From Octopus sinensis (lineage: Eukaryota), in the NCBI RefSeq assembly GCF_006345805.1, contig NC_043020.1, forward strand, positions 6,386,001 to 6,450,000: DNA of 64,000 nucleotides, in the 5' to 3' direction. Of this stretch, positions 25,229 through 38,908 are shown one piece after another. The position numbers were made by a program, and so were the translations under genes. How positions within the stretch are numbered: position 1 is the first letter of the stretch; every line of letters begins with the position of its first letter. Below the pieces are notes generated by a model. That model searched no databases, had not been told where the DNA came from, and worked only from the letters and a program-made list of their open reading frames with translations.

Positions 25229-26136
25229 ATGAAAATTTCCATACAATTCTTGGGACTGAGAAGCCTCTTATGTGTACATGGATGATTAATTCAAAATGAT
25301 GTGAATAATCACTGTCGTCGTTTAAACGTCCGCTTTCCATGCTAGCATGAGTTGGACGGTTTTGACTGAGGGCTGGCGAACCAGGAGGCTGCACCAGACT
25401 CCAATCTGATTTGGCAGAGTTTCTACAGCTGGATGCCCTTCCTAACGCTAACCACTCCAAGAGTGTAGTGGGTGCTTTTACGTGCCACCGGCAGAGGGGT
25501 CAGTCAGGCGGTACTGGCAGATGTGAATAAATAAGCATTGCATAGGCATAGAAGTGGCTGTGTGGTAAGTAGCTTGCTTACCAACCACATGGTTCTGGGT
25601 TCAATCCCACTGCATGGCATCTTGGGGAAAGTGTCTTCTACTATAGCCTTGGGCCGACCAAAGCCTTGTGAGTGGATTTGGTAGGCGGAAACTGAAAGAG
25701 GTCCGTCGTATATATGTATATATATATGTGTGTATATGTTTGTGTGTGGTGTTTGTCCCCCTAGCATTGCTTGACAACAATGCTGGTGTGTTTATGTCCC
25801 CGTCACTTACTGGTTCGGCAAAAGAGACCGATAGAATAAGTACTGGGCTTACAAAATAATAAGTCCCGGGGTCGAGTTGCTCGACTAAAGGTGGTGCTCC
25901 AGCATGGCCACAGTCAAATGACTGAAACGAGTAAAAGCGTATTACATTTGACACGGTAATCTAAATGCTTAAATGCTTAAAGTATGATTTGAGGGAAACT
26001 TGGTTGCTATTTCTAGCAGGTCAAGCAACCACATAGAAGTTCATTGGTTCACTCACAGAGTTAGACGTGCAATATATGAGATGCATGAAGGTGCAAGGAT
26101 GCAGAATAAATAGTTAAGGAAGGATAGGTCACTTAC

Positions 26137-26214
26137 CCGTCATTGGTTAAAGTTGTGTTGTTTTCAAGTCTGTCACAGGAATTCTCGTCAGATTGCAGTA
26201 TGTTAAGGTTTTGT
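26137..26214 (-). CDS. SCHIP1: 78-nt internal exon (QNLNILQSDENSCDRLENNTTLTND) of the same gene
   Basis: Strong acceptor tcttttcctgcttctctttccag| and donor GG|gtaagt. Phase 2 to phase 2, open, and joins the flanking exons in frame. Confidence 0.75.
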
Positions 26215-28072
26215 CTGGAAAGAGAAGCAGGAAAAGATTATAAAAGAATCTAACTACATGATCACCATCACCATCATCATCGTTATTATTATTATTATTA
26301 TTATTATTGGCCGTGTGCCTAAATCAGAAGAACATTGTATAAACAAAAAACGGATGGCAAGCTGGCAGACTCGTTAGAACGCTGGACAAAATACTCAACA
26401 GCATTTCTTCTAGTTCTGTACATTCCGAGTTCAAACACCAAGGTTGACTTTGCCTTTCATCCTTTTCGGTGGGGGTCAATACAATAAGTACCAGATGAAC
26501 GCTGGGGGTCAATGTAATCAACTTACCCCGTTCCTGAACTTTGATGACTTTGCGACATAATTTGAAACCATTTTTATTGTAACAAAAAAATTATTATCAA
26601 GCCTTCCAATGACATGGTTCCGGGTTCAGTCCCACTGCATGGCACTTTGGACAAATGTTTTCTGCTATAGCCTCGGGCCAACCAAATCCTTGTGAGCAGA
26701 TTTGGAAGATGGAAACTGAAAGAAGCCTGCCATATAAATGTGTGTGTGTGCGTGTGCTTTGGTCTGTGTTTGTAACCCCCAACACCTGACAACTGGTGTT
26801 GGTGTGTTTACACCCCTGTAACTTAGTGGTTTGACAATAGAGACTGATAGAATAAGTGCCAGGTTTAAAAAAATAAGCACTACGGTTGATTCATTTGACT
26901 AAAATTCTTGAAGGCAATGCTTCAGCATGGCCATGTGGTGGAGAAGTTTGCCTCCTAAACATGGTTCTGGGTTCAGTCCCACTGGAAGCTAAAAGAAGCC
27001 CACCATGCATAGGTACTGGCAAACTGAAGGGCCACACTGAGCCTCAGTGCCATCTTTGACATGGTTTCTATGGCTGAATGTCCTTCCTAACACTGACCAC
27101 TTTACAGCATACTCTGGGTGAGATTGCCAAGAAACTTCCAAAACAGAAAAGAACAAAGAAAGAAAGCAAGGAAAAAGCCCCTTCTACTACTAAGAGGAAT
27201 TACTTGGGAAGGGAAAGCGAGTGGCTTTATACCAAATGTTGAAAGGCTAAATTAAAAAGGGTAAAACACCCTGCCCCTTTGGTCATGAATGACCATGGAA
27301 TTGCACCTAGAAAGTTCCCATATGAGGCACAAATCCGAGCAAGGTTGTTTATGGAAGACCAGCAAGCATCACCCATGAATATCGGCTTCCCTTCTCCATG
27401 CCACCGATGTCGTCCAAGGGAAAGGAAAAGGAACCGATATAGTTGGGCATCAGTGACCCTGCAACTCATTTCTACAGCTGAGAGAACTGTCTTGCTCAAG
27501 AACACAACACGCAGCCCGGTCCAGGAATCGAACTGACTACCTTGTGATTGTGAGCCCAGCACTCTAACCATTGAGCCATGAGAAAGTATGGCAGAAGGAT
27601 AAGCACAGGTGTTTTGCTATAGAGGAGATGCGTGGATGGAGGAGATAAAAAAGGAAGGTAGTGATGGGGTACCAGAGTAAAGGGTTAAGAAAGTGAGCAT
27701 AAGAGAGGGGACAGAGAGAGGAATTGGGAGAGGAAGAGGGGAGAGAGAGAGAGAGAGTGGATGCTTTCATAAAGAGAGTGGAGGAGGGAATAAAGAGGTG
27801 GAGGGAGAGGTGAATGTAGTTAGTGATGAACAAAGATGGGGGTGAAGATGATGGGAGATACCAACATGTAAGGTGGGAGAGATAGGAGTAGCTCAGGGAG
27901 GAGAAAACGGAAAGGAGTAGAAAGATATGCAAGGTTAGGAGCAGTGGAGAGAGAGAGAGAGAGATGCAGGGGTACATAAGGGACGATGATAAGTGGGGCA
28001 TGAGGGTAGATATGATGGTTGCTTGATGGATATTTACCGACCACAGAATGGGACAAAAATGGGTAATTACAC

Positions 28073-28309
28073 CAGTGGTTTTCAACCAGGGTTCCGCGAA
28101 ACCTTAGGGTTCCGCGAAACCTTAGGGTTCCGCCAGCACAGTCCAGGGCTTCCGCAAGAAGTTACAAAACTGCTAAAATCGGCAGTAATTTTTAATTCTC
28201 CTGTGCAGATATGTGTGCATAAGACTATTGAATTATTGCGCAGGGGTTCCTTGAGCCAGTGGAATGTTTCCTTGGGGTTCCGCTCCAGCAAAAAGTTTGA
28301 AAAGCACTG
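28073..28309 (+). mobile_element. hAT-type MITE
   Basis: CAGTGGTTTTCAA...TTGAAAAGCACTG termini and a perfect 8-bp TSD AATTACAC. Confidence 0.9.
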
Positions 28310-29269
28310 AATTACACATTAGCAGAATTTGAACTCAGAACACTGCTCTGTCACTATAATCTGGATTTCATGGAAAGGAAATCAGTTATTTGTTTCAATT
28401 AACTTTTAAAATAATGAAGAAATTAGAAACAATAACTGTCGTTTTTAAGCTGGTGTTTGAAACAAATTAACACAAAATTTTGAATGAAGGTTTTCATTTT
28501 GATCACTTTAACCCTTTTGTTACCATATATGTTTCAATTCATTTTGAAGATAATGAAGAACTTAGCAAAGCAATGGTCATTATTAAGCTGGTGTTTGGAA
28601 AGTAAATTAACATGAAATTCTAATGGAAAATTCTAATTTGGATCACTTTAACCCTTTTGTTACCATATTTGTATTGAAATAAACTGTCTTTGTTTCAATT
28701 AATTTTGAAAATAATGAAGAATTTGGTAAAATAACTTTGTCATTATTTAATTGGTGTTTGAGACATAAATTAGCATGAAGTTTTAATGGGAGGTTTAAAT
28801 TTAGATCCGTCCAAAATAAGAACTTTGTATCGTAAAACTAGGAGCAGTTTCAAGAGGGTTGAAGCTGCTAGCCCCCTAGATCTATCAAAGGACCACATCT
28901 TGTGGCATATGTTTCAATTTTGGCATGGTTCCTGTGGCTGGATAGCATTCTTAACACAAAACACTTTACAGAGTGTATTAGACGCTTTTTATCAAAGCAC
29001 CAGCCCTGGTAAGATAACTCTGTTCTTGACAAGACTAAAGGATCTTCTCAATCATATGTTGTTGTATTCATTTTCAAGATGCACAGGGATGCAAGCATGT
29101 TATATCATGGCACCAGCACCAGTGGGGTTGCTTTGTACTTGACAAAGCTAAAGAGGATTCACTGCTCTGCAGTGTGGCCATTATATGCTCAATTCGATGT
29201 CACCTTCAGGATGAAAGACCAGCATCACCACCACCGCCACTATTACTACCAAGAATGCTTTCTACTCTA

Positions 29270-29830
29270 GGCACAAAGCCTGAAATTTGGGGGGAGGGAG
29301 CCAGTTGATTAGATTGACCCCAGTACACAACTGGTACTTCATTTATCAACCCCGAATGGATGAAAAGCAAAGTCGACCTCGGTGGAATTTGAACTCAGAA
29401 TGTAGCGGCAGACGAAATACCTATTTCTTTATTACCCACAAGGGGTTACACACAGAGGGGACAAACAAGGACAGACAGACAAACGGATTAAGTCGATTAT
29501 ATCGACCCCAGTGCGTAACTGGTACTTATTTAATCGACCCCAAAAGGATGAAAGGCAAAGTCGACCTCGGTGGAATTTGAACTCAGAACATAAAGACAGA
29601 TGAAATACCTATTTCTTTACTGCCCACAAGGGGCTGAACACAGAGAGGACAAACAAGGACAGACAAACATATTAAGTCAATTACATCGACTCCAGTGCAT
29701 AACTGGTACTTATTTAATCGACCCCTAAAGGATGAAAGGCAAAGTCGACCTCGGCGGAATTTGAACTCAGAACGTAAAGACAGAAGAAATACGGCTACGC
29801 ATTTCACCTGGCGTGCTAACGATTCTGCCA
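29270..29830 (-). mobile_element. Head-to-tail trimer of SINE family B
   Basis: Same unit and junction as 14855-15510. Confidence 0.85.
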
Positions 29831-30691
29831 ATTCACTACCTTACTATTACTACTAATAATATCACACCTACTACTACAATCACTACCACAACTATACCAC
29901 TTCTATTACCAGACTACCACCACTACCACCACCACCACCACCATCCATCCAACCACTTTCCCTGCCATCATTATCACCACCACCACTACCATCACACCAC
30001 TCTTACAAGCATACTACTACTAACAGTACCACTACTCCTACTACCACCAGTACCACAACTCCTACTGCCACCACTACCTCTAAGTTATATAAATACAACA
30101 AACTCAGTCTTTTAATTTAACTGTTTTTTTTTGTTTCTGTTTTTTACTTTCGTTTTCCATTTTGAAGTTAAGGTGGTGGTGGCGGTGGTAGTGGTGGTGG
30201 TGGTGGTGGTGGTGGTGGTAGTGGTGGTGGTGGCGGTGGTAGTGGTGGTGGTGGTGGTGGTGGTGGCGGTGGTAGTGGTGGTGGTGCTAGTAGAAGTGGT
30301 CGGGATGGAAGGAAATAACCATTGTGGTATAACGGTCATAGTTATGTAGTGGTGGTGGTGGTGGTGGTCATAGTGCCAGTGGTTGTGCAGACGGTAGTAG
30401 GTGCCTATGAAGATGGCAACATAGAAACAGACCACAACGGTGCGTAGTGTACAGAAGAGGGTGGCGGCGGCGGTAGTGTTGGTGGAGGTGGTGGTGGTGG
30501 TGGAGTGGGGGTGTAAAGGTGGAATCACAGACAATACCGCAGCAGCAGCAACAACAACAGCAACAGTAACAGCTGTAGAGACATAAAAAGGTCAAAGACA
30601 GATCGGTGTTGCTGAGGTGGTTCACTGTAGCAGTGCAGCAGAGGGGTGGTGGGCAGGGTGGGGAGGTAGTGTGTGTGTGTAGGTGTGTGTG

Positions 30692-30743
<52 letters not shown>

Positions 30744-30930
30744 TAATCTATGTATACACACACACACAAATTGTGTGTAGATGTGTGTGTATATATACAT
30801 ATTTATACATATACACATTTATGTACATACACACACATAAAATGTGTTGGTGTGTATAAATACATATAAACATAATATATATATAGACATTTATGTATAT
30901 ACATATATACACATACACACACACATATAC

Positions 30931-30964
<34 letters not shown>

Positions 30965-31019
30965 GACTGTTACTTTGTTTCTGCATATGTATGTATATAC
31001 ATATATAAATGTATGTGTG

Positions 31020-31052
<33 letters not shown>

Positions 31053-31596
31053 CCTGTATGTGTGTATATGTATATATATATGTATCAAAAGGATGTGTTA
31101 TAACACTATTCTACATATACAAAAACAGCCATACTAACAATCAAACATATCTCCCATCATCAGCTGCCCCACAGATATCATTATGGTTTCGACACCCGGG
31201 TAGTACCTTTCAATCTGGCCATGTCAACAACACTAAAATAAGTGTTGTTTGGGAACAAACATACCAAAGAAACAACTATCAAATACATTTATCCTCTGTA
31301 TAACAGTATTGGTAAATAAATTCAATAAGTAGATCAATAACCAACTCCAAAATATGTAACTAAACAGCGACCAAACATTTAAGTCATACATTTTATTCCC
31401 TACAGTCTTCCATAATATAATAAAAGTGAAATCTTTATAACCACATTCATTCAATCTAAATATAGGCAGTATATATACATATATGTGTGTATGTATATAT
31501 ATATATATGTACGTATTTATGTATTTAATATATATATGTATGTATTTGTGTATTTAATATATATATACATATATGTATTTATGTATTTATGTATTT

Positions 31597-31638
<42 letters not shown>

Positions 31639-33507
31639 TTTATTTATATGTATGTATATTTATGTATGTATGTGCGTATATATATATAGGCATTAGTGTG
31701 GCTGTGTTCATGGCCACTTCTTCAGTCCCACCCCATGGTACTTTCAGTAACTCCTACTGCAGCCCTGAGCCAATCAAAGATTTGTGAGTGGATTTGGAAA
31801 ATGGAAACTGAAAGAAGCCCACCTACGTACATATGTATGTATATGTGTGTGTGTGTATGTGTGTGCCTTTGTCCCCCACCACTGCTTGACAACTGATGTT
31901 GGTTTGTTTACCTTCTGATGACTTAACAGTCCAGTAATAGAGACCAACAGAATATGTACCAGGCTTTTAAAAAAAAAGTTTGGGGGTCGACTCATTTGAC
32001 CAAACCCCTTCAAGGTGGTGCCCCAGTATGGCCATAGTCCAATGACTGAAACAAGTAAAAGATATATATGTACATCTATATATGCATGAATCAGGGACAT
32101 GCTGCTTAGGTGGACAAGGTAGGCAGTGCCTTCCTTGAATAAAATAGATCCATAGCAACATTTTCCTTTTATGGCAAAATATGCACCTAATTCAATAAAA
32201 TTATGAAGGTTTGTCTGATTACTATGCATAAAGTACAAAATATTTTACTTTTTTGTAGATTAGGTAGGCATGATTTGCCCCTGCTTTTCAATCTCAGTAT
32301 TTAAGCTACACATAGTACTGCTGTGTACACTCCTACAACACTGTTTTCTTTAAGCGTTATAAAGGCAGAAGTAGTAATTCTGCCTCCAACTCAGTCGCAA
32401 GCCTGTGTTTCGCTTATTTTTTGTAAGCCCGGCACTCTAACCGCTGAGCCATGTGCCTTAGACAGACAGACATTCAGACAGATAGATAGATATATATAGA
32501 GAGAGACAGACAAATATAGACCACTTTCTGCAGCAAATTCAAAACAACTGTTTTTCACAAATAAAACTTAAACTTAATTAACCTATAAATTTTTTTTTTT
32601 ACATTTATCAGCCCATTTTGGCCACCCGGTTATCATCCCACTATTCTTCAATGCTCCCCTGGATCTTTCCACCACCCCGAAGGGGGCAGTACTGCCCACT
32701 TTAGGAACCACTGCATTAGAGGGTCCACCTATTAAAGGGGACAGTTACATGGTGAAAATCGCTATGAAGAATATGGGGATAGGGAAAAGTACCCGGTCCA
32801 TCAAAGAATAGTCTTTGAGATGCTGAAAACATCTGGGAAAAACAGGATGCATAGCATGTAATTTAATACATGATTAGGCGCAGGAGTGGCTGTGTGGTAA
32901 GTAGCTTGCTTACCAACCACATGGTTCTGGGTTCAGTCCCACTGCGTGGCATCTTGGGCAAGTGTCTTCTGCTATAGCCCCGGGCCGACCAATGCCTTGT
33001 GAGTGGATTTGGTAGACGGAAACTGAAAGAAGCCTGTCGTATATATGTATATATATATATATATATGTATGTATGTGTGTGTGTTTGTGTGTCTGTGTTT
33101 GTCCCCCTAGCATTGCTTGACAACCGATGCTGGTGTGTTTACGTCCCTGTCACTTAGCGGTTCGGCAAAAAGAGACCGATAGAATAAGTACTGGGCTTAC
33201 AAAAAGAATAAGTCCCGGGGTCGAGTTGCTCCAGCATGGCCACAGTCAAATGACTGAAACAAGTAAAGGAGTAAAGGAGTATTACATCACCAACCAGACT
33301 ATTGGACATTATTATACAACACTGGTCACAATGCATTTGCAGGGCAACATTCTCCACTGATCAAAAGGGGGACAACAGGAGCAACGTGAAATGTGTTTTT
33401 TTCCGAAGAATACAATGTGCTCCCCAGTCTTGGAATTGAACCTACCATCTATCAATCATGAGTGAGACAGCCTAACCACTAGGCCATGTGCCTTTACAAT
33501 AATGTAA

Positions 33508-33904
33508 TCTCTCTATATATAAAGCTGAAGTTGTCTGTGTGTGTATGGCAGGTTTGGTAGCCTTCGACTAACACTATCTCCTCCGAGACCCTGTGGTGCA
33601 AGTTGACCAAAATTGAGAGTATGATAGAAGAAGGCTTGCTCTTCCTTCCGTAGAAGAAAAAAATTCAAATCGGTCCATGTTAACACCAAAAATTATTTAC
33701 ATCAAAAAGGTGCTTTTTTTCTATGAAAACCCTATTCTTTTACGATTTTTTGACTGCTGTGTTGCCATTTTTCGGTGTATTTCAACCAGAAAAATGTTCA
33801 CGTAAAGAGAATAACAAGCTACATAATGCAAAATTTTTACTTTTCAAAAATTCCAATTCTAAAGGGTCGAAACAAACCCGAGCAACGCCGGGCGATACTG
33901 CTAG
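33508..33904 (+). mobile_element. Non-autonomous Helitron-like element (different interior)
   Basis: A|TCTCTCTATATATAAAG start and CCCGAGCAACGCCGGGCGATACTGCTAG|T end. Confidence 0.75.
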
Positions 33905-34087
33905 TATATATATATATGTATATATACATAATATGTTTGCCTCGTCTTGTCAGATGATAGCCAGAGTGTTCTGATTTACTTTCATCCTTACATGTGTGCA
34001 GATACCCATTGTCATGGGAGTTTATGAAATACAAAACAGATGAAGAAATGAAACGATACTGAGACAGCTGTGAGTTATTGGATTTAA

Positions 34088-34307
34088 CCCTTTAGTGTTC
34101 AGATTACTCTGTTAAATATAATACTTTTTCACTCAAATTGTTTTGAATTAATCATGCATTATCTTATAGCTTTGAGGTTTCAGTGATGTGATTGTTTATT
34201 TTTAGCATGACATTGTAGGTTAGGTGTGAGAGGCTAGATATCGCCAGTTTGAATATAGAACATTTAGAATATTTGGGCCGGATATGGCCGGTTTAAACAC
34301 AAAAGGG
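34088..34307. mobile_element. piggyBac-type (TTAA) MITE
   Basis: TTAA|CCCTTTAGTGTT...AACACAAAAGGG|TTAA. Confidence 0.85.
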
Positions 34308-35636
34308 TTAAGTAACTAAAGCTTGCACAACACTTTTGCCACTCTGTCGGTCACCATCGAAGGATCCAGTGACAAGCATTGCAGGATGACCGGTTCTATT
34401 TTGATGGTAAGTTTTATGTGAGAGTATATTTCTCCGAGAAGAGATGCCTTTGTCACAGCTTCGTCAAAAATATTGGGAGACACCTTCTGTCCATGGGAAA
34501 TCTATTTTGCTCATAGGTGGGACCTTAACAGACACTACCATTCTAGGTCAGAATAAACCTGGGAGTAATGATAATTAAGGGATGACTTCAACAACCTGTT
34601 TTTGAAGATGAACATGCTGAAGATAGTGAGCCCAAATATATGTATGATCCCTACAACTCCAGAACTGGGGGCCCATCACCAGATACATTTTAATACAATA
34701 TATGTGTGTGTGTGTGTGAGACTCCTCAACTTTTGTTCTCTCTCTCCTTTCCTTTACATGCCGACCACCAAAGTGACCGATCGTATTTTCTCTCATCTCC
34801 CACTTTCAACCCATTTTGTTGTCTCTCTCTCGTCCTTCTGTTTCTAATTCTTTAGGATATTCCTCCTGCCCTTAATCATTCTTTTGTCTCCTATCTGGCC
34901 CTAATGCCTTATTCTATTTCTTTATTTCATTTTCTTCATATGTCCACATTTCTTCCCGCTTGTTTTCATCGTCATCCCTCGTGCATCCACTAATGGTCAC
35001 ATCTCAAATCACATTTATTTCATGGCGTATTTGTTTGTTCACTTTCTGTCATGATTAGTCCCTTGTTCATTGGCTCACTATTTCCTGATGGCTTCTTGCT
35101 GCTGGCGCCACCAGAAGGGGATCAATTTTATCATGAAATTGTGTTTGACCTTCTGGCTGAAAACTGCCGAAGATTGGGTGACCTTCTTTGTCTGCTTTCT
35201 GTTTGTGAATTTATTTTATACTTTTTAACTTTATATATATACTCTTTTACTCTTTTACTTGTTTCAGTCATTTGACTGCGGCCATGCTGGAGCACCGCCT
35301 TTAGTCGAGCAAATCAACCCCGGGACTTATTCTTTGTAAGCCCAGTACTTATTCTATCAGTCTCTTTTGCCGAACCGCTAAGTGACAGGAACATAAACAC
35401 ACCAGCATCGATTGTCAAGCAATGCTAGGGGGACAAACAGACACACAAACACACACACACACATATATATACATATATACAACAGGCTTCTTTCAGTTTC
35501 CGTCTACCAAATCCACTCACAAGGCATTGGTCGGCCCGGGGCTATAGCAGAAGACACTTGCCCAAGATGCCACGCAGTGGGACTGAACCCGGAACCATGT
35601 GGTTGGTTAGCAAGCTACTTACCACACAGCCACTCC

Positions 35637-35698
<62 letters not shown>

Positions 35699-36011
35699 TA
35701 TATATATATGTGTATATATATATATATGTAATATATGTGTATATATGTGTGCGTGTGTGTGTTTGTAGGGGCACGTGGCTTAGTGGTTAGGGTGTCAGCA
35801 CCATGATCGTAAGATTGTGGTTTCGATTCCTGGATCGGGCGACACATTGTGTTCTTGAGCAAAACACTTCATTTCACGTTGCTCCAGTTCACTCAGCTGG
35901 CAAAAATGAGTAGCACTGCGATGGACTGGCATCCTGTCCAGCTGGGGAATATATATGCCATAGAAACCGGGAAACTGGGCCCATGAGCCTGGCTAGGCTT
36001 TAAAAGGGTGC

Positions 36012-36040
<29 letters not shown>

Positions 36041-36043
<3 letters not shown>

Positions 36044-36290
36044 GGTTAGTGCATAATTATTGCAGCTTTTTTTCAACAAATTTCATTCAACAAAACAATA
36101 ACAATATTTAACAAAAACATCTTTAAATGATGGTCTGACTGTATGCCAAGCAAATGGGAAGCAGTAATTGAAGTAGATGGTGAATATGCTCCAGAATAAT
36201 CATTTAATGGTGTTTTTGTTACATGTTGTTATTGTTTTTGTTGAATAAAATTTGTTGAAAAAAAGTTGCAATAATTATGCACCAAACCAA
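36041..36290 (+). mobile_element. Mariner-derived MITE
   Basis: Long TIRs TTGGGTTAGTGCATAATTATTGC... flanked by TA. The interior encodes the mariner C-terminal vestige PSKWEAVIEVDGEYAPE*. Confidence 0.85.
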
Positions 36291-37651
36291 TATATATATA
36301 CACACACACACACACACAAAATATATGACTCTAAGAACTACATAAAGTTGTAACAAAGGTTGTATTTGTTTAATGCTTAAAAGCAAATAAGAGTGACATA
36401 AGGAGGTGCTAAAAAAGTTCCTGGCTTCGGATAAAGATCAGTTAATTATGATTTTAGTCAACATATTCCCCTTTCAGATTCACACACTTATAGCAGCGGT
36501 CCTTCAGTTTTTCTAAGTGATATCCACTGTACTCTGGATATCACCAAATACTGCATTATTAGCCTTGAGAGATCCTCTCCCATGTGCGCTTGCTGTATGA
36601 AATGGTCCCTCAAGACTAAGAACACAGTATCAATGAGTTCCAATAATACATCCATGCCAAACTGGATCTAAAGATTACCATTTGGCATTAATACTGATTC
36701 CACATGTGGGTGGGTGTGAGAGTGTATAATTATTCTCTCTCTCTCTCTTTTAATCTTTTACTTGTTTCAGGCATTTGACTGCGGCCATGCTGGAGCACCA
36801 CCTTTTAATCGAGCAACTCGACCCCGGGACTTTGTAGGCCTTATTATCGGTCTCTTTTGCCGAACCGCTAAGTGACGGGGGCATAAACACATCAGCATCG
36901 GTTGTCAAGCAATGCTAGGGGGACAAACACAGACACACAAACATATACACATGCACATATATATATATACATATATACGACAGGCTTCTTTAAGTTTCCG
37001 TCTACCAAATCCACTCACAAGGCTTTGGTCGCCCGAGGCTATAGCAGAAGACACCTGCCCAAGGTGCCACGCAGTAGGACTGAACCCAGAACCATGTGGT
37101 TGGTAAGCAAGCTACTTACCACACAGCCACTCCTGTGCCTATGGTGTAGAATTATCAGAGGTTTGACGAAATTTAGGTGAGGGACGCACACATGTGCATG
37201 CATGTTTGTTTGTATGTGCTTGTTACGAGCTGTAGTTGAAAGAAAATCGCTCTCGGCTGAAATTACATCATCGCTTCAGCAATGACAGGGAGGGTGGCGA
37301 TGACAAGGAATATAATATCCTCCATGCTGCATAGACATGGCTCAAGTAACACATGTATATCATACAAGTAGATAAAAACAAAACACAAATAAAAACAATT
37401 CAGAACATATAAAATTACATACGTATGTAGCTAAATGCACAACAGTATATATATATATGTGTGTGTGTGTGCTTGCATGTGTGTGTGTCTGTGTGTGCAA
37501 TTTTTCGTTTTTCTTTTTTTGCTTCAAGTAACATAATACTAGGTCAAGTTTTCGATGCTTTTTTTTCTGCTGAAGTTACTTCCTTTTTTACCATGTTTAC
37601 GGTCAAACACAACTACCTACATATATATAGTCACACAAAACTATATATATA

Positions 37652-38053
37652 CAAGCAGTATCGCCTGGCGTTGCTCGGGTTTGTAAGGGAAATAACTATA
37701 TAAGCATTTTTAGAGAGTTATAGCCAAAACGTAACAAAAAAAATGCATTAAAAATGGAAAAAAAATTATGGTAAATTTTTTTTTAAATCGTTGACTCATC
37801 GTAGACATTTTTAGAGAGTTACTTCCCTTATATAATAGCGAAAAATGCAGTAAAATGGAAAAAAAAATATTATGTAATTTGTTTTAAAATCGTAGACTCA
37901 TCGTAGAACCGCGCGCTAATACCCAGAAGGGCTCGATATGAATCACGACTATAAGATACCCGGTTTTGGTTACACTGCACCGCAAAATGTGGGAGTAGTT
38001 AGGAATCTAAATCGTAAGAGACAGACACACAACTTGACTTTTATATATAAAGA
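37652..38053 (-). mobile_element. Non-autonomous Helitron-like element
   Basis: Reverse copy homologous along its length to 6235-6732; the terminal CTAG has decayed to CTTG. Confidence 0.75.
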
Positions 38054-38569
38054 TATATATATATATATATATGTATGTATATGTATATGTAAAAAATACA
38101 AACTGGGACAAGAATGTAAAACATTTAGAAGACAATACAAAAAACACGGACGGGACATTCAAGCTTTCAATCTTCAGTCAAGAACCGGATCATCCTCGCA
38201 ATTTCGGCTGATTAATCTTGAGATCGCTTCGATCCGGCCAGCCCCAAGGAAAAACTAAGCTACGAGCATTAGATTTCTTGGAAAAAGTATCGAATGTATA
38301 CGAAACAAGGACAGAAAAACGGACGATGCCACAAGAATATAAATACAAAAAAACAATAATAGTAATAACAGGACAAAAACAGCAGGTGTCATATATATAT
38401 ATAATGAGGGAGATAAATTGAATATCAATTTAGTTAATATCAATTTAAAACCAGTAGCCTAGCATATAAAAAATCTGAAAAATCAGAGAAAATTTCAATA
38501 CATGTGGATATTTAGGGCTAAAAATCACTAGGTGGACAGCCTCTGGAAACATTCTTTCTTTGTAGTTAG

Positions 38570-38635
<66 letters not shown>

Positions 38636-38681
38636 TACATATATATACATATATATAATATCATATACATATATATATATG

Positions 38682-38871
38682 TTGGATCGTTAGCCCCTAC
38701 AGGCAATTTTTTTCTCTCCTTGTTTCTTTTCTGTGTATCTTTCTGTTGAAGAGCGTAGGCTCGAAACGTAAAAGACTTGTTTTATTTATATTGCTGAGCG
38801 CCATACTAATACATTGTTTGTTTGTACACCACCTATCTTCGTCTTTTGTTTATTTTTGTAAACCTTCCTGT

Positions 38872-38872
<1 letters not shown>
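38682..38872 (+). mobile_element. Penelope/retrozyme-like ~190-bp element (family A), best-preserved copy, embedded in (TA)n
   Basis: Homologous to copies at ~2485-2687, ~7770-7925 and ~58388-58555. Contains a hammerhead-like fold at 38738-38775. Confidence 0.6.
38738..38775 (+). ncRNA. Minimal type I hammerhead ribozyme-like fold (variant core)
   Basis: TCTTT-CTGTTGA-A-GAGC(GTAG)GCTC-GAAA-CGTA-AAAGA: stem I TCTTT/AAAGA, stem II GAGC/GCTC, palindromic ACGT stem III and a GUA triplet. Confidence 0.55.
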
Positions 38873-38908
<36 letters not shown>

